Sequence record: SRR22947725_419
Direction: 5' to 3' (one strand)
DNA length: 54,807 nt
Shown: positions 34,141 to 45,531 of the stretch, piece after piece
How positions within the stretch are numbered: position 1 is the first letter of the stretch
Layout of the letters: every line of letters begins with the position of its first letter
Notes under the pieces: generated by a model
The model's input: the letters and a program-made list of their open reading frames with translations, nothing else
The model's database searches: none
Told to the model about the DNA's origin: nothing
Program-made: the position numbers and the translations under genes

Positions 34141-35097
34141 TTAATTATGATGTTCAGTTTGCTTATAGGCTTCTATAACTTGTTTTACAAGGCGGTGGCG
34201 TATAACATCTTTATCATCCAAATAAATTAACCCGATTCCTTTAACGTTATTTAATACTAGAATAGCCTCTTTTAACCCTGAGATTACCCGTCGTGGAAGA
34301 TCGATTTGCCCTGGGTCTCCAGTAATCATGAATTTGGCATTTTTACCCATTCGAGTTAAAAACATTTTCATTTGATTGTGGGTGGTGTTTTGAGCTTCAT
34401 CAAGAATGACAAATGCATTATCCAGGGTGCGACCACGCATAAACGCCATAGGAGCGATTTGAATAACTCCCGTCTCAATATAATGTTCCAATTTTTCTGC
34501 AGGAATCATATCACGTAAAGAATCATACAAGGGCTGCATGTATGGATCCAATTTTTCTTTTAGGTCTCCAGGTAAAAAACCTAAGTTCTCCCCTGCTTCT
34601 ACCGCAGGACGCGTAAGTATAATACGCTTTACTTGTTTTGTTTTTAAGGCTTTAACAGCTAAAGCTACTCCAGTGTAGGTCTTTCCAGTTCCTGCAGGTC
34701 CTACAGCAAAAACCATATCATTTTTTGACATGGCCTCAACGAGTTTGGCTTGGTTTAAGGTCTGTGCTTTAATTAGCTTACCTCCTACTCCATGTAGAAT
34801 AACTTTATGATCGGCTGGATCAAGTCCAAAATTATCGGCTTCATCACTTTCTAGAATCTGTTGAACGGTATCGTCATCTAATGCATTAAACTTTCCGTAA
34901 TGCGTCACCAACCGATCCACTTGCTTTTCAAAGACTTCAAGTATTTCTTCTTCTCCGTAAGCTGAAATCTTATTGCCACGTACAACAATTTTAATTTTTG
35001 GGAAATATTTTTTTAAAAGCTCAACATTTTTACTGTTCTTACCCCCGTAAAATTCTGTTGGATTTTCCTGTGCAAGTTCAATTGTGATTTCGTTCAA
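34141..35097 (-). CDS. phoH: PhoH family ATPase (YbeZ-like)
   Basis: [42 protein letters not shown]. Probable start is TTG 35097. Confidence 0.93.
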   Translation of the reverse strand: MNEITIELAQENPTEFYGGKNSKNVELLKKYFPKIKIVVRGNKISAYGEEEILEVFEKQVDRLVTHYGKFNALDDDTVQQILESDEADNFGLDPADHKVILHGVGGKLIKAQTLNQAKLVEAMSKNDMVFAVGPAGTGKTYTGVALAVKALKTKQVKRIILTRPAVEAGENLGFLPGDLKEKLDPYMQPLYDSLRDMIPAEKLEHYIETGVIQIAPMAFMRGRTLDNAFVILDEAQNTTHNQMKMFLTRMGKNAKFMITGDPGQIDLPRRVISGLKEAILVLNNVKGIGLIYLDDKDVIRHRLVKQVIEAYKQTEHHN

Positions 35098-35141
35098 ATG
35101 ATTGTGTTTAAAGAATGTAGCCTTATGGGCTTGTTTTTTGA

Positions 35142-35149
35142 TAACTTTG
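35142..35149 (+). promoter_or_regulatory. -7 promoter element TAACTTTG for the DUF62 gene
   Basis: Exact motif in the phoH/DUF62 intergenic region. Confidence 0.55.
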
Positions 35150-35195
35150 TAATCAAAATTACACAATTTTTGGTTTTTTAAATTAAGATAAAGCT

Positions 35196-36029
35196 ATTAG
35201 TTACTCACCAATTATAACGCTTACTACAGATTTTGGTCTTCAAGATGCATACGTTGCCTCTTTGAAGGCTAAGTTGTATCAACAATTGGATAAACCAACG
35301 ATTGTTGACATCAGTCATTTAATTGATCCATTTCACATTGGGCAAGCAGCCTACGTCCTCCATTCTGTTTATCGCGATTTTCCTGAGGGCAGTATCCATT
35401 TTGTTGGAGTTGACTTTAATCAAACACCAGAACAAGAACCAATTGTTGCATTATTGAATGGACATTATTTTGTTTGCGCTGACAATGGATTTCTTTCTCT
35501 TCTAGAACCTGGAATCCAACCATCAGAATGCATTGTGTTGAACACCCCGCAAAGCACTCTTATCGACAAGGGAATGGATGCCATCGCGCATTTACATCGT
35601 GGGGGGGCACTTAGCATTATTGGAACAATTGCTCAATCCTTAAAACAGTTATCACAGCACACGCCCTCTGTGAGTGATAAAAAGGATGAAATTCACGGTC
35701 ATGTATTGCATATTGACCGCTTTGGAAATGTTGTTACAACCATTACACAAAAATTATTTGATCAAGTAGGACAAAAACGTCCGTTTGTAATTCATGCTCG
35801 AAATCATCGTTTTGAAACTGTTTTTCAAAATTACCATGAGGTTGTCCGTTTTGACATCCCAAAAGATCGTCGCGAAGAAGCAGGGAAAAAGCTTGCGTTA
35901 TTTAACCAGCAGGGACATTTAGAACTTGCTATTTATAAAGGAAACCCCACTTATGGTGGGGGCGCTAACACCCTTTTTGGCTTGTCATTCCTTGATCCCG
36001 TTAGAATAGCGTTCATAAATGAGGCCTAG
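35196..36029 (+). CDS. SAM hydroxide adenosyltransferase / chlorinase-fluorinase family (DUF62); start codon non-canonical or missing
   Basis: In-frame IITLTTDFGLQDAYV lies upstream of the ORF-track start. IVDISH, FPEGSIH, ADNG, HIDRFGNVVT, LELAI. Confidence 0.85.
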   Translation: MSYSPIITLTTDFGLQDAYVASLKAKLYQQLDKPTIVDISHLIDPFHIGQAAYVLHSVYRDFPEGSIHFVGVDFNQTPEQEPIVALLNGHYFVCADNGFLSLLEPGIQPSECIVLNTPQSTLIDKGMDAIAHLHRGGALSIIGTIAQSLKQLSQHTPSVSDKKDEIHGHVLHIDRFGNVVTTITQKLFDQVGQKRPFVIHARNHRFETVFQNYHEVVRFDIPKDRREEAGKKLALFNQQGHLELAIYKGNPTYGGGANTLFGLSFLDPVRIAFINEA

Positions 36030-36068
36030 CTGTTAATAAAATTGTTTTCGGTTAGCAGCACGAAACAA

Positions 36069-36076
36069 TATATTTG
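36069..36076 (+). promoter_or_regulatory. -7 promoter element TATATTTG for dnaN
   Basis: Exact motif, 18 nt before the ATG. Confidence 0.6.
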
Positions 36077-36094
36077 TAGGTAAAGACATATACT

Positions 36095-37213
36095 ATGAAT
36101 TTTATTGTATCAAGTACGCAGCTACTTCGCCAACTACAAACACTCAGTGGAGTTTTGAATAGCAGTAATACCCTTCCTATCTTGGATCACGTGTTATTTG
36201 AGCTTTCTCCTGGGCAGCTCCAAGTTACCGCTACTGATTTGGAAACAACCATTAGTGGAACAATAAACGTTGAGTCGCAACAAGAGGGACGTTTGGCTGT
36301 TCCAGCACGGTTGCTATTGGATACACTTAAAACATTCCCAGAACAACCCCTTACTTTCACATTAGCCGATAATAACACGTTAGAGATTAGCTCTGAACAA
36401 GGCAAGTATGCACTCGCCTATGCCAACGCTGATGAATTCCCGCAAGCAGCAGACGTAATTGATGCTTCATCCGTGACAATAACTGCAGACACTTTAGCAA
36501 CTGCTATCACTAACACCATTTTTGCCAGTGGTAACGATGACTTACGACCTGTTATGAGCGGTGTGTTTTTTCAGCTGACTTCAAGTGGGCTTACGTTTGT
36601 TGCTACCGATGCGCATAAACTTGTGAAGTACGAACGTACTGATTTAGTTGCTCCCGACACAGCGGAATTTATTATGCCTAAAAAACCCTTAAATTTATTA
36701 AAATCAGTACTCCTTGGCAGTGATTCAGAAGTCAAAATCGATTACAATGAAAGCAATGTTCAATTTGTTTTTGATGACACCGTATTAATTTGTCGTTTAA
36801 TTGATGGGAAATACCCTAATTACGAAGCTGTAATTCCAAAAGAGAATCCAAATGTGATGACTATAAATCGCTTACAGATTCTTAATACAGTAAAACGTGT
36901 TAGTATCTTCTCAAATAAAACAACGCATCAAATTCGGCTGCGTATTGCCGGTGCAGAATTACATATTTCTGCAGAAGACATCGATTACAGCAATAAAGCT
37001 GAAGAGCGCTTAAGTTGTTCGTACCAAGGCGATGATATGCAAATTGGATTTAATGCACGGTTCCTTACAGAAATGCTTAATAATTTAAATTCAGATGAAA
37101 TTCAATTGGAACTTTCACTTCCTAACAGAGCAGGAATTATTACTCCAGTGGATGGACTCGATGAAGGCGAAAAAGTAACCATGCTAGTTATGCCAGTAAT
37201 GCTTAACAACTAA
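36095..37213 (+). CDS. dnaN: DNA polymerase III subunit beta (sliding clamp)
   Basis: TLPIL, TATDLE, RPVMSGV, VATDAHKL, RLIDGKYPNY, IGFNARFL, LVMPV. Confidence 0.98.
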   Translation: MNFIVSSTQLLRQLQTLSGVLNSSNTLPILDHVLFELSPGQLQVTATDLETTISGTINVESQQEGRLAVPARLLLDTLKTFPEQPLTFTLADNNTLEISSEQGKYALAYANADEFPQAADVIDASSVTITADTLATAITNTIFASGNDDLRPVMSGVFFQLTSSGLTFVATDAHKLVKYERTDLVAPDTAEFIMPKKPLNLLKSVLLGSDSEVKIDYNESNVQFVFDDTVLICRLIDGKYPNYEAVIPKENPNVMTINRLQILNTVKRVSIFSNKTTHQIRLRIAGAELHISAEDIDYSNKAEERLSCSYQGDDMQIGFNARFLTEMLNNLNSDEIQLELSLPNRAGIITPVDGLDEGEKVTMLVMPVMLNN

Positions 37214-37219
37214 GCTATA

Positions 37220-38803
37220 CTAAAGCATATAATCTGTACTAATAAATTTAGACTTATTTGATTCTAGTAGATTTCGTAAAATCTCTTTATTTCCCTCATT
37301 GTCTTTTGTTGCTACAAACGTTCTAATAGAGAATGAACGAAGTGCATCCCGTACACTAAGTGTGCTTACAGCTGAATCTTTTCGGCCTGTAAAAGGATAT
37401 ACATCTGGGCCACGCTGACAGGAACTATTCAAGTTGACACGACAAACCAAATTGGCAAGCGTATCGATAAGTGGTCCAAGCGTATTAACATCTTTACCAA
37501 ACAAACTTACTTGTTGACCATATGAAGATGCAGCCATATCATCTAGTGGGGTATCGATGTCCGTAAACGACATTATAGGAATCACAGGTCCAAACTGCTC
37601 CTCCTCATATACACGCATATCATGAGAAACCGGGTACAATATTGCAGGAAAAATGAAATTTTCTGTACGTTCTCCACCTCGTGGATTCATCACTGATGCT
37701 CCTTTCCCTACAGCATCATCAATAAGCTCTTGTATGTAAGCAGGTTTTTTAGGCTCAGGAAGTGGCGTAAGTAGCGTGTTTTCCCAAGGCATCCCTAATT
37801 GCAATGTATCAACAGCTTTAGTGAATTTAGCGAGAAATGCATCCTTAATAGTCTCATGAACATACAAAATCTTCAAAGCAGTACACCGTTGACCATTAAA
37901 TGAAAGTGTACCTGCAACGCATTCTTGTACGGTCTTGTCCAAGTCCGCATCAGGAAGAATAATAGCTGGGTTTTTTGCTTCAAGACCCAAAACTAATCGA
38001 AGTCGGTTTTTCTTTGGGTGTAAATCTTGTAAAGATAATGCTGATGAGCTGTGACCAATCAATGCTAAAACATCAACAAGCCCTGTTTCCATAATTGGTG
38101 TTGCGATGGTTCTACCACGGCCAAATACAATATTTACAACACCAGGTGGAAAACTCTCCTTAAATGCTTCAAGTAATGGAGCAATAAGTAAAACACCATG
38201 TTTAGCTGGTTTAAAAATCGCCGTATTTCCCATGATAATAGCCGGGATTAACAGCGAAAAAGTTTCATTAAGCGGGTAATTGTAAGGGCCTAAACACAAC
38301 ACTACACCAATTGGCCCACGACGAATATGTGCGAAAACACCTCCGTGGTTATGAAATTTGGCACTATCTCGATCAATATCTTTATACTCATTTATTGTAT
38401 CAACAATATAATCTATTGTTCGATCAAACTCTTTTTCGGAATCATTTAGGTTTTTACCAATTTCCCACATCAGAAGCTTTACAATGACATCACGTTGCAG
38501 CTTCATTAACGAAACAAAACGCTCCATACATGCAATTCTTTCGGATACTTTCATGGTGGGCCAAGCTCCTTTACCTTTATTAAAAGCACCGTTAGCGGCT
38601 TTTAACGCTTCAAGGGCATGTGCCTCGTCCATTTCTGGAACAGAACCTAGCAATGTAGGCTTAAGGTTGCCATTGGAGTCTGGTGTTGCAATGGTGGAAT
38701 GAACATTGGATGCCGGTCCGTCCCATAGGGATAATTCACCATTGATTAAAAAACTATTGTAATGATAAGGAGTTTCAATTAAAAATTGAGAAGGTATTTG
38801 CAT
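37220..38803 (-). CDS. gapN: Non-phosphorylating NADP-dependent glyceraldehyde-3-phosphate dehydrogenase
   Basis: ALDH fold with [49 protein letters not shown]. Confidence 0.82.
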   Translation of the reverse strand: MQIPSQFLIETPYHYNSFLINGELSLWDGPASNVHSTIATPDSNGNLKPTLLGSVPEMDEAHALEALKAANGAFNKGKGAWPTMKVSERIACMERFVSLMKLQRDVIVKLLMWEIGKNLNDSEKEFDRTIDYIVDTINEYKDIDRDSAKFHNHGGVFAHIRRGPIGVVLCLGPYNYPLNETFSLLIPAIIMGNTAIFKPAKHGVLLIAPLLEAFKESFPPGVVNIVFGRGRTIATPIMETGLVDVLALIGHSSSALSLQDLHPKKNRLRLVLGLEAKNPAIILPDADLDKTVQECVAGTLSFNGQRCTALKILYVHETIKDAFLAKFTKAVDTLQLGMPWENTLLTPLPEPKKPAYIQELIDDAVGKGASVMNPRGGERTENFIFPAILYPVSHDMRVYEEEQFGPVIPIMSFTDIDTPLDDMAASSYGQQVSLFGKDVNTLGPLIDTLANLVCRVNLNSSCQRGPDVYPFTGRKDSAVSTLSVRDALRSFSIRTFVATKDNEGNKEILRNLLESNKSKFISTDYML

Positions 38804-38830
38804 AATTTAAATTTTCATAGCTTAACAAAG

Positions 38831-40081
38831 CTAAATCAAAAATTGAAATAAATCGGGCTTATTGTTTATATAATCACCAAAAAACCCCTTTTCTTTCATT
38901 CGTTTTATTAATGGTTCAAAATCGTTCGCTGACTTAATTTGAATACCAACCACTGCCGGACCTTGTTCACGTGCACTTTTTTTTGAGTACTCAAAATAAG
39001 TAATATCATCAGTTGGCCCTAAAATATCTTGAACGAATTCCTTCAATGCACCAGCGCGTTGAGGAAAACGAACAATAAAGTAATGTTTTAACTCACTAAA
39101 CAACAATGCACGTTCCTTAATTTCAGCCATGCGTGTGATATCATTATTACCGCCACACACCAAGCAAACAACATTTTTTCCTTTAATTTGATCAGCTAAC
39201 TGTGGTAAGGCCGACACGGACATCGCTCCTGCTGGTTCCACGATAATTGCATCGCGTGTATACATGGACAAAATGTTTTGACAAATTTCACCTTCGCTAA
39301 CTAAAAGCAAATCGTCCATATATTGGTTACAATAGTCATAACTTATTTCACCAATTGTTTTTACAGCTGCGCCATCAACAAATACGTCAATGGTATCTAG
39401 CGTAATGCGTTTTTGTTGCTTTAGCGATTCGTACATACTGGGTGCTCCAAAAGGCTCGACACCAATAATTTTAGTTTGCGGTGACTTGTGTTTAAAAACA
39501 TTAATAATACCAGAAATAAGGCCACCTCCACCAATAGGTACTATAATATAATCAATAGGTGCAGTAGCCTGTTCTATTATTTCAAGTGCCATAGTCGCTT
39601 GACCTTCAATAACATTAACATCATCAAAAGGATGGACAAAAGTTTTTCCTGTTTCCTTAGCAAAAGAAGTAGCAGCTTCATAACAATCGTCATAGGTGTC
39701 ACCCACAAGCTTGATTGTTACGTGCTCACCTCCAAACATATCAACTTGCGACAGTTTCTGTTGTGGCGTTGGAGAAGGCATATAAATGGTACCATGAGTG
39801 TTATGGTGCTTACATGCATAAGCAACTCCTTGTGCATGATTACCGGCACTTGAACAGACAACACCTTTAGCAAGTTGTTCTTTGGTCAGTAAAGAAATCT
39901 TGTTGTATGCCCCTCGTATTTTAAACGAGCGTACGGCCTGTAAATCTTCACGTTTAACAGCGATATTTGCCCCAAAATCTTCACTTAGCCGCTTGTGAAA
40001 ATCAAGTGGCGAGACAATAGAAACTTCCTTTACTCGTTCCCAAGCAGCTTCAATAATTGATAAGTCTAAAAGCGGCCTCAC
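38831..40081 (-). CDS. ilvA: Threonine ammonia-lyase, biosynthetic
   Basis: KREDLQ.VRSFKIRGA, SAGNHAQG, GGGGL, EPAGA, ACT domain FPQRAGAL. Confidence 0.97.
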   Translation of the reverse strand: MRPLLDLSIIEAAWERVKEVSIVSPLDFHKRLSEDFGANIAVKREDLQAVRSFKIRGAYNKISLLTKEQLAKGVVCSSAGNHAQGVAYACKHHNTHGTIYMPSPTPQQKLSQVDMFGGEHVTIKLVGDTYDDCYEAATSFAKETGKTFVHPFDDVNVIEGQATMALEIIEQATAPIDYIIVPIGGGGLISGIINVFKHKSPQTKIIGVEPFGAPSMYESLKQQKRITLDTIDVFVDGAAVKTIGEISYDYCNQYMDDLLLVSEGEICQNILSMYTRDAIIVEPAGAMSVSALPQLADQIKGKNVVCLVCGGNNDITRMAEIKERALLFSELKHYFIVRFPQRAGALKEFVQDILGPTDDITYFEYSKKSAREQGPAVVGIQIKSANDFEPLIKRMKEKGFFGDYINNKPDLFQFLI

Positions 40082-41554
40082 TTAAACGATGCGCTTCATC
40101 GCGGTCATGGACGCACGAAGTGTTTTACCAACATGTTCTACGGGGTGATTTCGAATTTGGTCATTAATAGTAATAAGCCGTTGATTATCTACACCATTAC
40201 TTCCTGTACCATATGAAGTTCCAATTACAGAAGTGTCAATTCCTTTCATAAAGGTTGACAATAATGGCTTACAAGCGTGGTCAAACAAATAACAACCATA
40301 TTCTGCAGTATCTGATATAACACGGTTCATTTCGAATAATTTCTTACGTGCAATTGTATTGGCAATAAGTGGAGTTTCGTGTAACGACTCATAATAAGCA
40401 GAAGCGTCTTTAATTCCTGCAGCTACCATGGCATCAAAAGCGAGTTCAACTCCAGCACGAACAAAAGCAACCATAAGAACTCCTTGATCAAAATAGGTTT
40501 GCTCATCAATAGGATCAGATGTCGGCGTTGTTTTCTCAAATGCTGTTTCTCCAGTTGCTGCACGCCAAGTATGCAAATTTTTATCATCATTTGCCCAATC
40601 TTCCATCATGGTTTTGGAGAAATGTCCAGATATAATATCATCCATATGTTTATGAAACAAGGGCTGCATGATTTCCTTTAATTCTTCAGAAAGATCAAAT
40701 GCTTTGATTTTAGCAGGATTGGACAGACGATCCATCATATTTGTAATCCCACCATGTTTTAACGCTTCAGTAATGGTTTCCCATCCATACTGAATAAGCT
40801 TTGCTGCATACGCAGGATCAATCCCCTCAGCGACCATTTTTTCAAAACTTAAAATAGAACCCGTTTGAAGCACACCACATAAAATGGTTTGTTCACCCAT
40901 AAGATCAGATTTTACTTCTGCAATAAATGAAGATTGTAAAACACCTGCACGGTCTCCACCAGTACCTACACAATATGCTTTAGCTTGTGCCCATCCCTTT
41001 CCTTCAGGATCATTAGCATCATGAACAGCAATTAGTGTTGGTACACCAAATCCTCGCAAATATTCTTCACGAACTTCCGATCCAGGACTTTTTGGTGCAA
41101 CCATAATTACCGTTAGATCTTCTCTGATTTGAGTTCCCTCTTCAACAATGTTAAATCCATGAGAATAAGAAAGCGTTGCTCCTTTTTTCATTAATGGCAT
41201 CACAGCATTAACAACTGACGTGTGATTCTTATCTGGAGTCAGGTTGATAACCAAATCTGCAGAAGGAATCATTTCATCATACGTGCCAACAGCAAAATCA
41301 TTTGAGGTTGCATTTACATATGACGCACGTTTTTGAGCAATTGCACCATCACGTAATGCGTAGGAAATTTGAAGCCCCGAGTCACGCATATTCAATCCTT
41401 GATTCAATCCTTGTGCACCACAACCAACAATGACAATTTTCTTGCCTTCAAGCGCAGAAATACCATCTGAAAACTCAGAAGAATCCATAAAGCGGCATTG
41501 CGCCAATTGGTGTAATTGATCGCGTAGTGGTAGTGTGTTAAAATAGTTACTCAT
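40082..41554 (-). CDS. ilvC: Ketol-acid reductoisomerase, long (class II) form
   Basis: [54 protein letters not shown]; 490 aa. Confidence 0.97.
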   Translation of the reverse strand: MSNYFNTLPLRDQLHQLAQCRFMDSSEFSDGISALEGKKIVIVGCGAQGLNQGLNMRDSGLQISYALRDGAIAQKRASYVNATSNDFAVGTYDEMIPSADLVINLTPDKNHTSVVNAVMPLMKKGATLSYSHGFNIVEEGTQIREDLTVIMVAPKSPGSEVREEYLRGFGVPTLIAVHDANDPEGKGWAQAKAYCVGTGGDRAGVLQSSFIAEVKSDLMGEQTILCGVLQTGSILSFEKMVAEGIDPAYAAKLIQYGWETITEALKHGGITNMMDRLSNPAKIKAFDLSEELKEIMQPLFHKHMDDIISGHFSKTMMEDWANDDKNLHTWRAATGETAFEKTTPTSDPIDEQTYFDQGVLMVAFVRAGVELAFDAMVAAGIKDASAYYESLHETPLIANTIARKKLFEMNRVISDTAEYGCYLFDHACKPLLSTFMKGIDTSVIGTSYGTGSNGVDNQRLITINDQIRNHPVEHVGKTLRASMTAMKRIV

Positions 41555-41565
41555 TTTTTTGGTGT

Positions 41566-42087
41566 TTAATCGTTAAATTTTGTTAGTATTGCTTTTATAT
41601 TCATCGGGTCCTTAGTGACAGAAATACGACCAGAACGCACAAACTGCAATAGGCCATAAGGAGCTAAGTCATTGTAGAGTTGCTCTGTCTCGTGTCTAAA
41701 TCCTGTTTTTTCAATCACAAAAAAGTCTGTGTTTACAGTCACAATATTTGCATGGCTATTTTTAATGATATTTTGAATATGTCTTTCCTCAAAAAGAGAT
41801 TTAGAAGCTACTTTATATAATGCTGATTCCTGGAAAATTGTTTCTTCATCCGTGTGATAAAATGCTTTTATCACTTCTATTTGCTTTTCAATCTGCCCTA
41901 CAATTTTTTTAACTGCTGTTTCTGAAAGACTAACAACAATAATAAAGCGCGAAACCTGTTCAATTTCAGAAACAGAGGAGGTAATGCTAATAATATTAAT
42001 GTGTCTACGTTGAAAGATAGCAGAGACACGATTAAGTAATCCAACGCTATTTTCAGTGTAAATTGATATGGTGTAATTTTTTTCCAT
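41566..42087 (-). CDS. ilvN: Acetolactate synthase small subunit
   Basis: [20 protein letters not shown] domain, VRSG; operon context. Confidence 0.94.
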   Translation of the reverse strand: MEKNYTISIYTENSVGLLNRVSAIFQRRHINIISITSSVSEIEQVSRFIIVVSLSETAVKKIVGQIEKQIEVIKAFYHTDEETIFQESALYKVASKSLFEERHIQNIIKNSHANIVTVNTDFFVIEKTGFRHETEQLYNDLAPYGLLQFVRSGRISVTKDPMNIKAILTKFND

Positions 42088-42089
42088 AG

Positions 42090-43787
42090 TTATGACAATC
42101 GAATATCAGAAACCGAAGCCCCAGAAGGGATCATCGGAAATACATTATGCTCTTTTTCAACACATACTTCTAAAAAGTATGGTTTATCAGAAGCCATCAT
42201 TTCATCAACAGCTGGACCCAATTCATCACGTTTAGTAACGCGTTTCGCATCAATAAAATAACCTTCTGCAATTTTAACAAAATCAGGGTTGACCATTTCG
42301 GTAGAAGCGTAGCGTTTATCAAAAAACAACTGCTGCCACTGACGCACCATTCCTAGAAAATCGTTATTTAAAACAACCACTTTTACTGCAGCTTGTGTTT
42401 GAAATATAGTTCCTAGTTCTTGAATTGTCATTTGGAATCCACCATCACCAATAATAGCAACCACTTCACGTTCAGGAGCTCCCATTTTTGCACCAATTGC
42501 TGCAGGAAGGGCAAAACCCATAGTACCAAGTCCGCCTGAAGTAATATTGCTCTTAGAGTGATTGAATGTCGCATAGCGGCAAGCTATCATTTGATGTTGT
42601 CCAACATCTGAAACAACAACAGCATCACTGTTTGAAGCACGATTAATTTCTTTTAAAACCTCACCCATAGACAATCCGTCTTTGGTTGGGTGTAAATCAC
42701 CCTTAATGACTTTATCATACTCAATGTCATGGTGCTTTTTAAAAGCAGCATACCATTCGGTGTATGGTTTTGAAACAACACGATCAGTCAACAATGGCAA
42801 TGTTTGCTTTACATCACCCAAGACAGCGACATCAGCGTCTACATTTTTATTGATTTCCGCAGGATCAATCTCTAAGTGAATAATTTTGGCTTGCTTCGCA
42901 TAGGTATTTAAACTTCCTGTTACTCGATCATCAAAACGCATCCCAATAGCAATAAGAACATCACATTCATTAGTTAGCATATTGGGGCCGTAATTTCCAT
43001 GCATTCCTACCATACCTACATTTTGAGGGTGATCGGTTGGAATAGCAGAAACCCCTAGAATAGTCCATGCGGCAGGGATATTTGATTTTTCAACGAAGTT
43101 TTTAAACTCTTCTTCAGCCTTACCAAGGATAACTCCTTGACCCCAAACAATTAATGGCTTTTTGGCATTGGCAAGTAAGCTTGCAGCCTCATCAATAGAA
43201 GCGGTATTTATGTTAGGAATGGGTTTATAACTCCTTACACCTGTACAATGTTTATAGCTAAAATCAAATGAATCGAACTGCGCATCCTTCGTTACATCTA
43301 TCAAGACTGGACCTGGTCGACCCGAACGTGCGATATAAAAAGCTTTTGCCATTACTTCTGGAATCTCGGCAGCATTGGTGATTTGATAATTCCATTTGGT
43401 CACTGGTGTGGAAATACCGATAATATCTGTTTCTTGAAACGCATCTGATCCCAATAAATGTGAAGGTACTTGACCTGTTAGGCATACCATGGGTGTAGAA
43501 TCGATCATTGCATCGGCTATCCCAGTAACAAGATTTGTTGCCCCTGGTCCAGAAGTAGCCACACAAACACCAACACGTCCACTAACACGGGCATATCCCT
43601 GAGCAGCATGCGTAGCTCCTTGTTCATGACGGTTAAGCACATGTTGTAATTTGTCTTGAAACTTATAAAGTTCATCATAGAAAGGCATTATAGCCCCACC
43701 GGGATAGCCATAGATTAAATCTACACCTTCTTCAAGTAAACAATGAATTAATGCCTCAGAACCAGTAATATTTTTCTTAGTTATCAT
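42090..43787 (-). CDS. ilvB: Acetolactate synthase large subunit
   Basis: GYPGGA, RHEQGA, TSGPGATN, RFDDRVTG, DVGQHQM, GLGTMG, GDGGFQM, LGMVRQWQ. Confidence 0.97.
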   Translation of the reverse strand: MITKKNITGSEALIHCLLEEGVDLIYGYPGGAIMPFYDELYKFQDKLQHVLNRHEQGATHAAQGYARVSGRVGVCVATSGPGATNLVTGIADAMIDSTPMVCLTGQVPSHLLGSDAFQETDIIGISTPVTKWNYQITNAAEIPEVMAKAFYIARSGRPGPVLIDVTKDAQFDSFDFSYKHCTGVRSYKPIPNINTASIDEAASLLANAKKPLIVWGQGVILGKAEEEFKNFVEKSNIPAAWTILGVSAIPTDHPQNVGMVGMHGNYGPNMLTNECDVLIAIGMRFDDRVTGSLNTYAKQAKIIHLEIDPAEINKNVDADVAVLGDVKQTLPLLTDRVVSKPYTEWYAAFKKHHDIEYDKVIKGDLHPTKDGLSMGEVLKEINRASNSDAVVVSDVGQHQMIACRYATFNHSKSNITSGGLGTMGFALPAAIGAKMGAPEREVVAIIGDGGFQMTIQELGTIFQTQAAVKVVVLNNDFLGMVRQWQQLFFDKRYASTEMVNPDFVKIAEGYFIDAKRVTKRDELGPAVDEMMASDKPYFLEVCVEKEHNVFPMIPSGASVSDIRLS

Positions 43788-43790
43788 GTG

Positions 43791-45464
43791 TTATTCATCA
43801 GTTACACATCCGTTAGAAGCCGAAGCAACAAAACGAGCGTATTTGTAGAGCACTCCCTTAGTAACTTTTAATTCTGGTGCAACCCATTCTTTTCGACGTG
43901 CAGCCAGAGTCTCATCACTTAATTTAACATATAATTCGTTTGTTTCAGCATCGATTCGAATGATATCGCCATTTTGAAGAAGCCCTAGTGTCCCTCCAAG
44001 CTGTGCTTCTGGAGTTATATGACCAACAACAAAACCATGCGTACCGCCTGAAAAACGACCGTCTGTGATTAATGCAACATCTTTACCAAGACCAGCTCCC
44101 ATTATTGCAGCTGTTGGCTTTAACATTTCTGGCATTCCCGGACCTCCTTTAGGTCCTTCGTAGCGAATAACAACGACATCCCCTTTTTGAACCTCACCTG
44201 TTTTAATACCAGCATTAGCGGCAAATTCACCATCATAAACGCGGGCGGGGCCTTCAAAAGACAAACCCTCTTTTCCAGTAATTTTAGCTACCGAACCTTC
44301 TGATGCTAGATTTCCAAATAAAATCCTGATATGACCCGTCGCTTTTATTGGGTTGTCAAGCGGGCGAATTACATTTTGATTTTCGATTAGTGAAGGAACA
44401 TTTGCCATGTTTTCAGCTAAGGTTTTACCAGTAACTGTCATACAATCACCATGAAGCATGTCATTTTCAAGCATAAATTTAACAACAGCTGGGATTCCAC
44501 CTACACGGTGTACATCTTCCATAAGGTACTTTCCACTTGGTTTAAGATCAGCCAAGAAAGGAGTTGTGTCACTGATTCGTTGAAAATCTGCAAGGGTAAA
44601 TTCAACTTCTGCAGCCTTAGCAATAGCCAAAAAGTGAAGTACTGCATTTGTAGAGCCTCCCAAAACAGTTACTAAACGAATAGCGTTTTCAAGCGACTTC
44701 TTAGTAACAATATCTTTAGGCTTAATATCTTTTTCAATAAGCAATCGCATGGCTTTTCCAGCTTCTACACACTCATCAATTTTTTCTGTACTTACAGCAG
44801 GGTTTGAAGAATTATAGGGCAACGAAAGCCCCATTACCTCAATAGCAGAAGCCATTGTGTTTGCGGTATACATGCCTCCACATGCTCCTGCACCTGGACA
44901 CGCATTCTGAATTACTTCTTTGTACTGTGCCTCATCTATCTGACCAGAAACCCTTTCACCCCAAGCCTCAAAAGCAGATACTACATCAAGTTTCTTATCG
45001 GCAACACAACCTGAAGCAATCGTACCACCATACACCATAATACTTGGTCGATTAAGACGAAGCATGGCCATTACTGAGCCTGGCATATTTTTATCACAAC
45101 CCACTACAGCAACCATACCATCATACGACATACCGCCCATGACTGTTTCCATAGAATCGGCAATTAAATCACGAGATGGCAATGAAAATCGCATCCCAGG
45201 AGTTCCCATAGATATACCATCACTAACACCAATCGTATTGAAAATAAGCCCCACTAAATCAGACGCTTGAGTCCCTTTTTTAATTTCTAAGGCCAAATCG
45301 TTTAGGTGCATATTACAAGGGTTTCCTTCGTACCCAGTACTTGCGATACCAACAAGCGGTTTGTCAAAATCTGCATCGGTGAGACCAATGGCATGCAACA
45401 TGGCCTGTGCAGCCGGTTGGCTTGAATCTTGCGTTACTACTTTAGAATATTTTTTATGCGCCAT
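43791..45464 (-). CDS. ilvD: Dihydroxy-acid dehydratase
   Basis: [56 protein letters not shown]. Confidence 0.98.
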   Translation of the reverse strand: MAHKKYSKVVTQDSSQPAAQAMLHAIGLTDADFDKPLVGIASTGYEGNPCNMHLNDLALEIKKGTQASDLVGLIFNTIGVSDGISMGTPGMRFSLPSRDLIADSMETVMGGMSYDGMVAVVGCDKNMPGSVMAMLRLNRPSIMVYGGTIASGCVADKKLDVVSAFEAWGERVSGQIDEAQYKEVIQNACPGAGACGGMYTANTMASAIEVMGLSLPYNSSNPAVSTEKIDECVEAGKAMRLLIEKDIKPKDIVTKKSLENAIRLVTVLGGSTNAVLHFLAIAKAAEVEFTLADFQRISDTTPFLADLKPSGKYLMEDVHRVGGIPAVVKFMLENDMLHGDCMTVTGKTLAENMANVPSLIENQNVIRPLDNPIKATGHIRILFGNLASEGSVAKITGKEGLSFEGPARVYDGEFAANAGIKTGEVQKGDVVVIRYEGPKGGPGMPEMLKPTAAIMGAGLGKDVALITDGRFSGGTHGFVVGHITPEAQLGGTLGLLQNGDIIRIDAETNELYVKLSDETLAARRKEWVAPELKVTKGVLYKYARFVASASNGCVTDE

Positions 45465-45472
45465 ATTGGTGT

Positions 45473-45496
45473 TTAATACAGAATTATGAGTATCAT
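45473..45496 (-). other. Candidate 7-aa leader ORF MILIILY upstream of ilvD
   Basis: ATG ATA CTC ATA ATT CTG TAT TAA; starts 4 nt after a promoter-like CATCTTCG and ends 8 nt before the ilvD ATG. Confidence 0.45.
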
Positions 45497-45500
45497 TTAA

Positions 45501-45531
45501 CGAAGATGCTAAAAAAGAATACGATACTCAA
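45501..45531 (-). promoter_or_regulatory. Putative ilv promoter TTG-N20-CATCTTCG
   Basis: Degenerate -7 element (45508-45501) with TTG (45531-45529) at Bacteroidota spacing. Confidence 0.45.

Noticed and set aside
35196-36029. Halogenase (fluorinase/chlorinase) secondary-metabolite cluster
   Set aside because: The context is phoH and dnaN with no biosynthetic genes. Most DUF62 members are SAM hydrolases.
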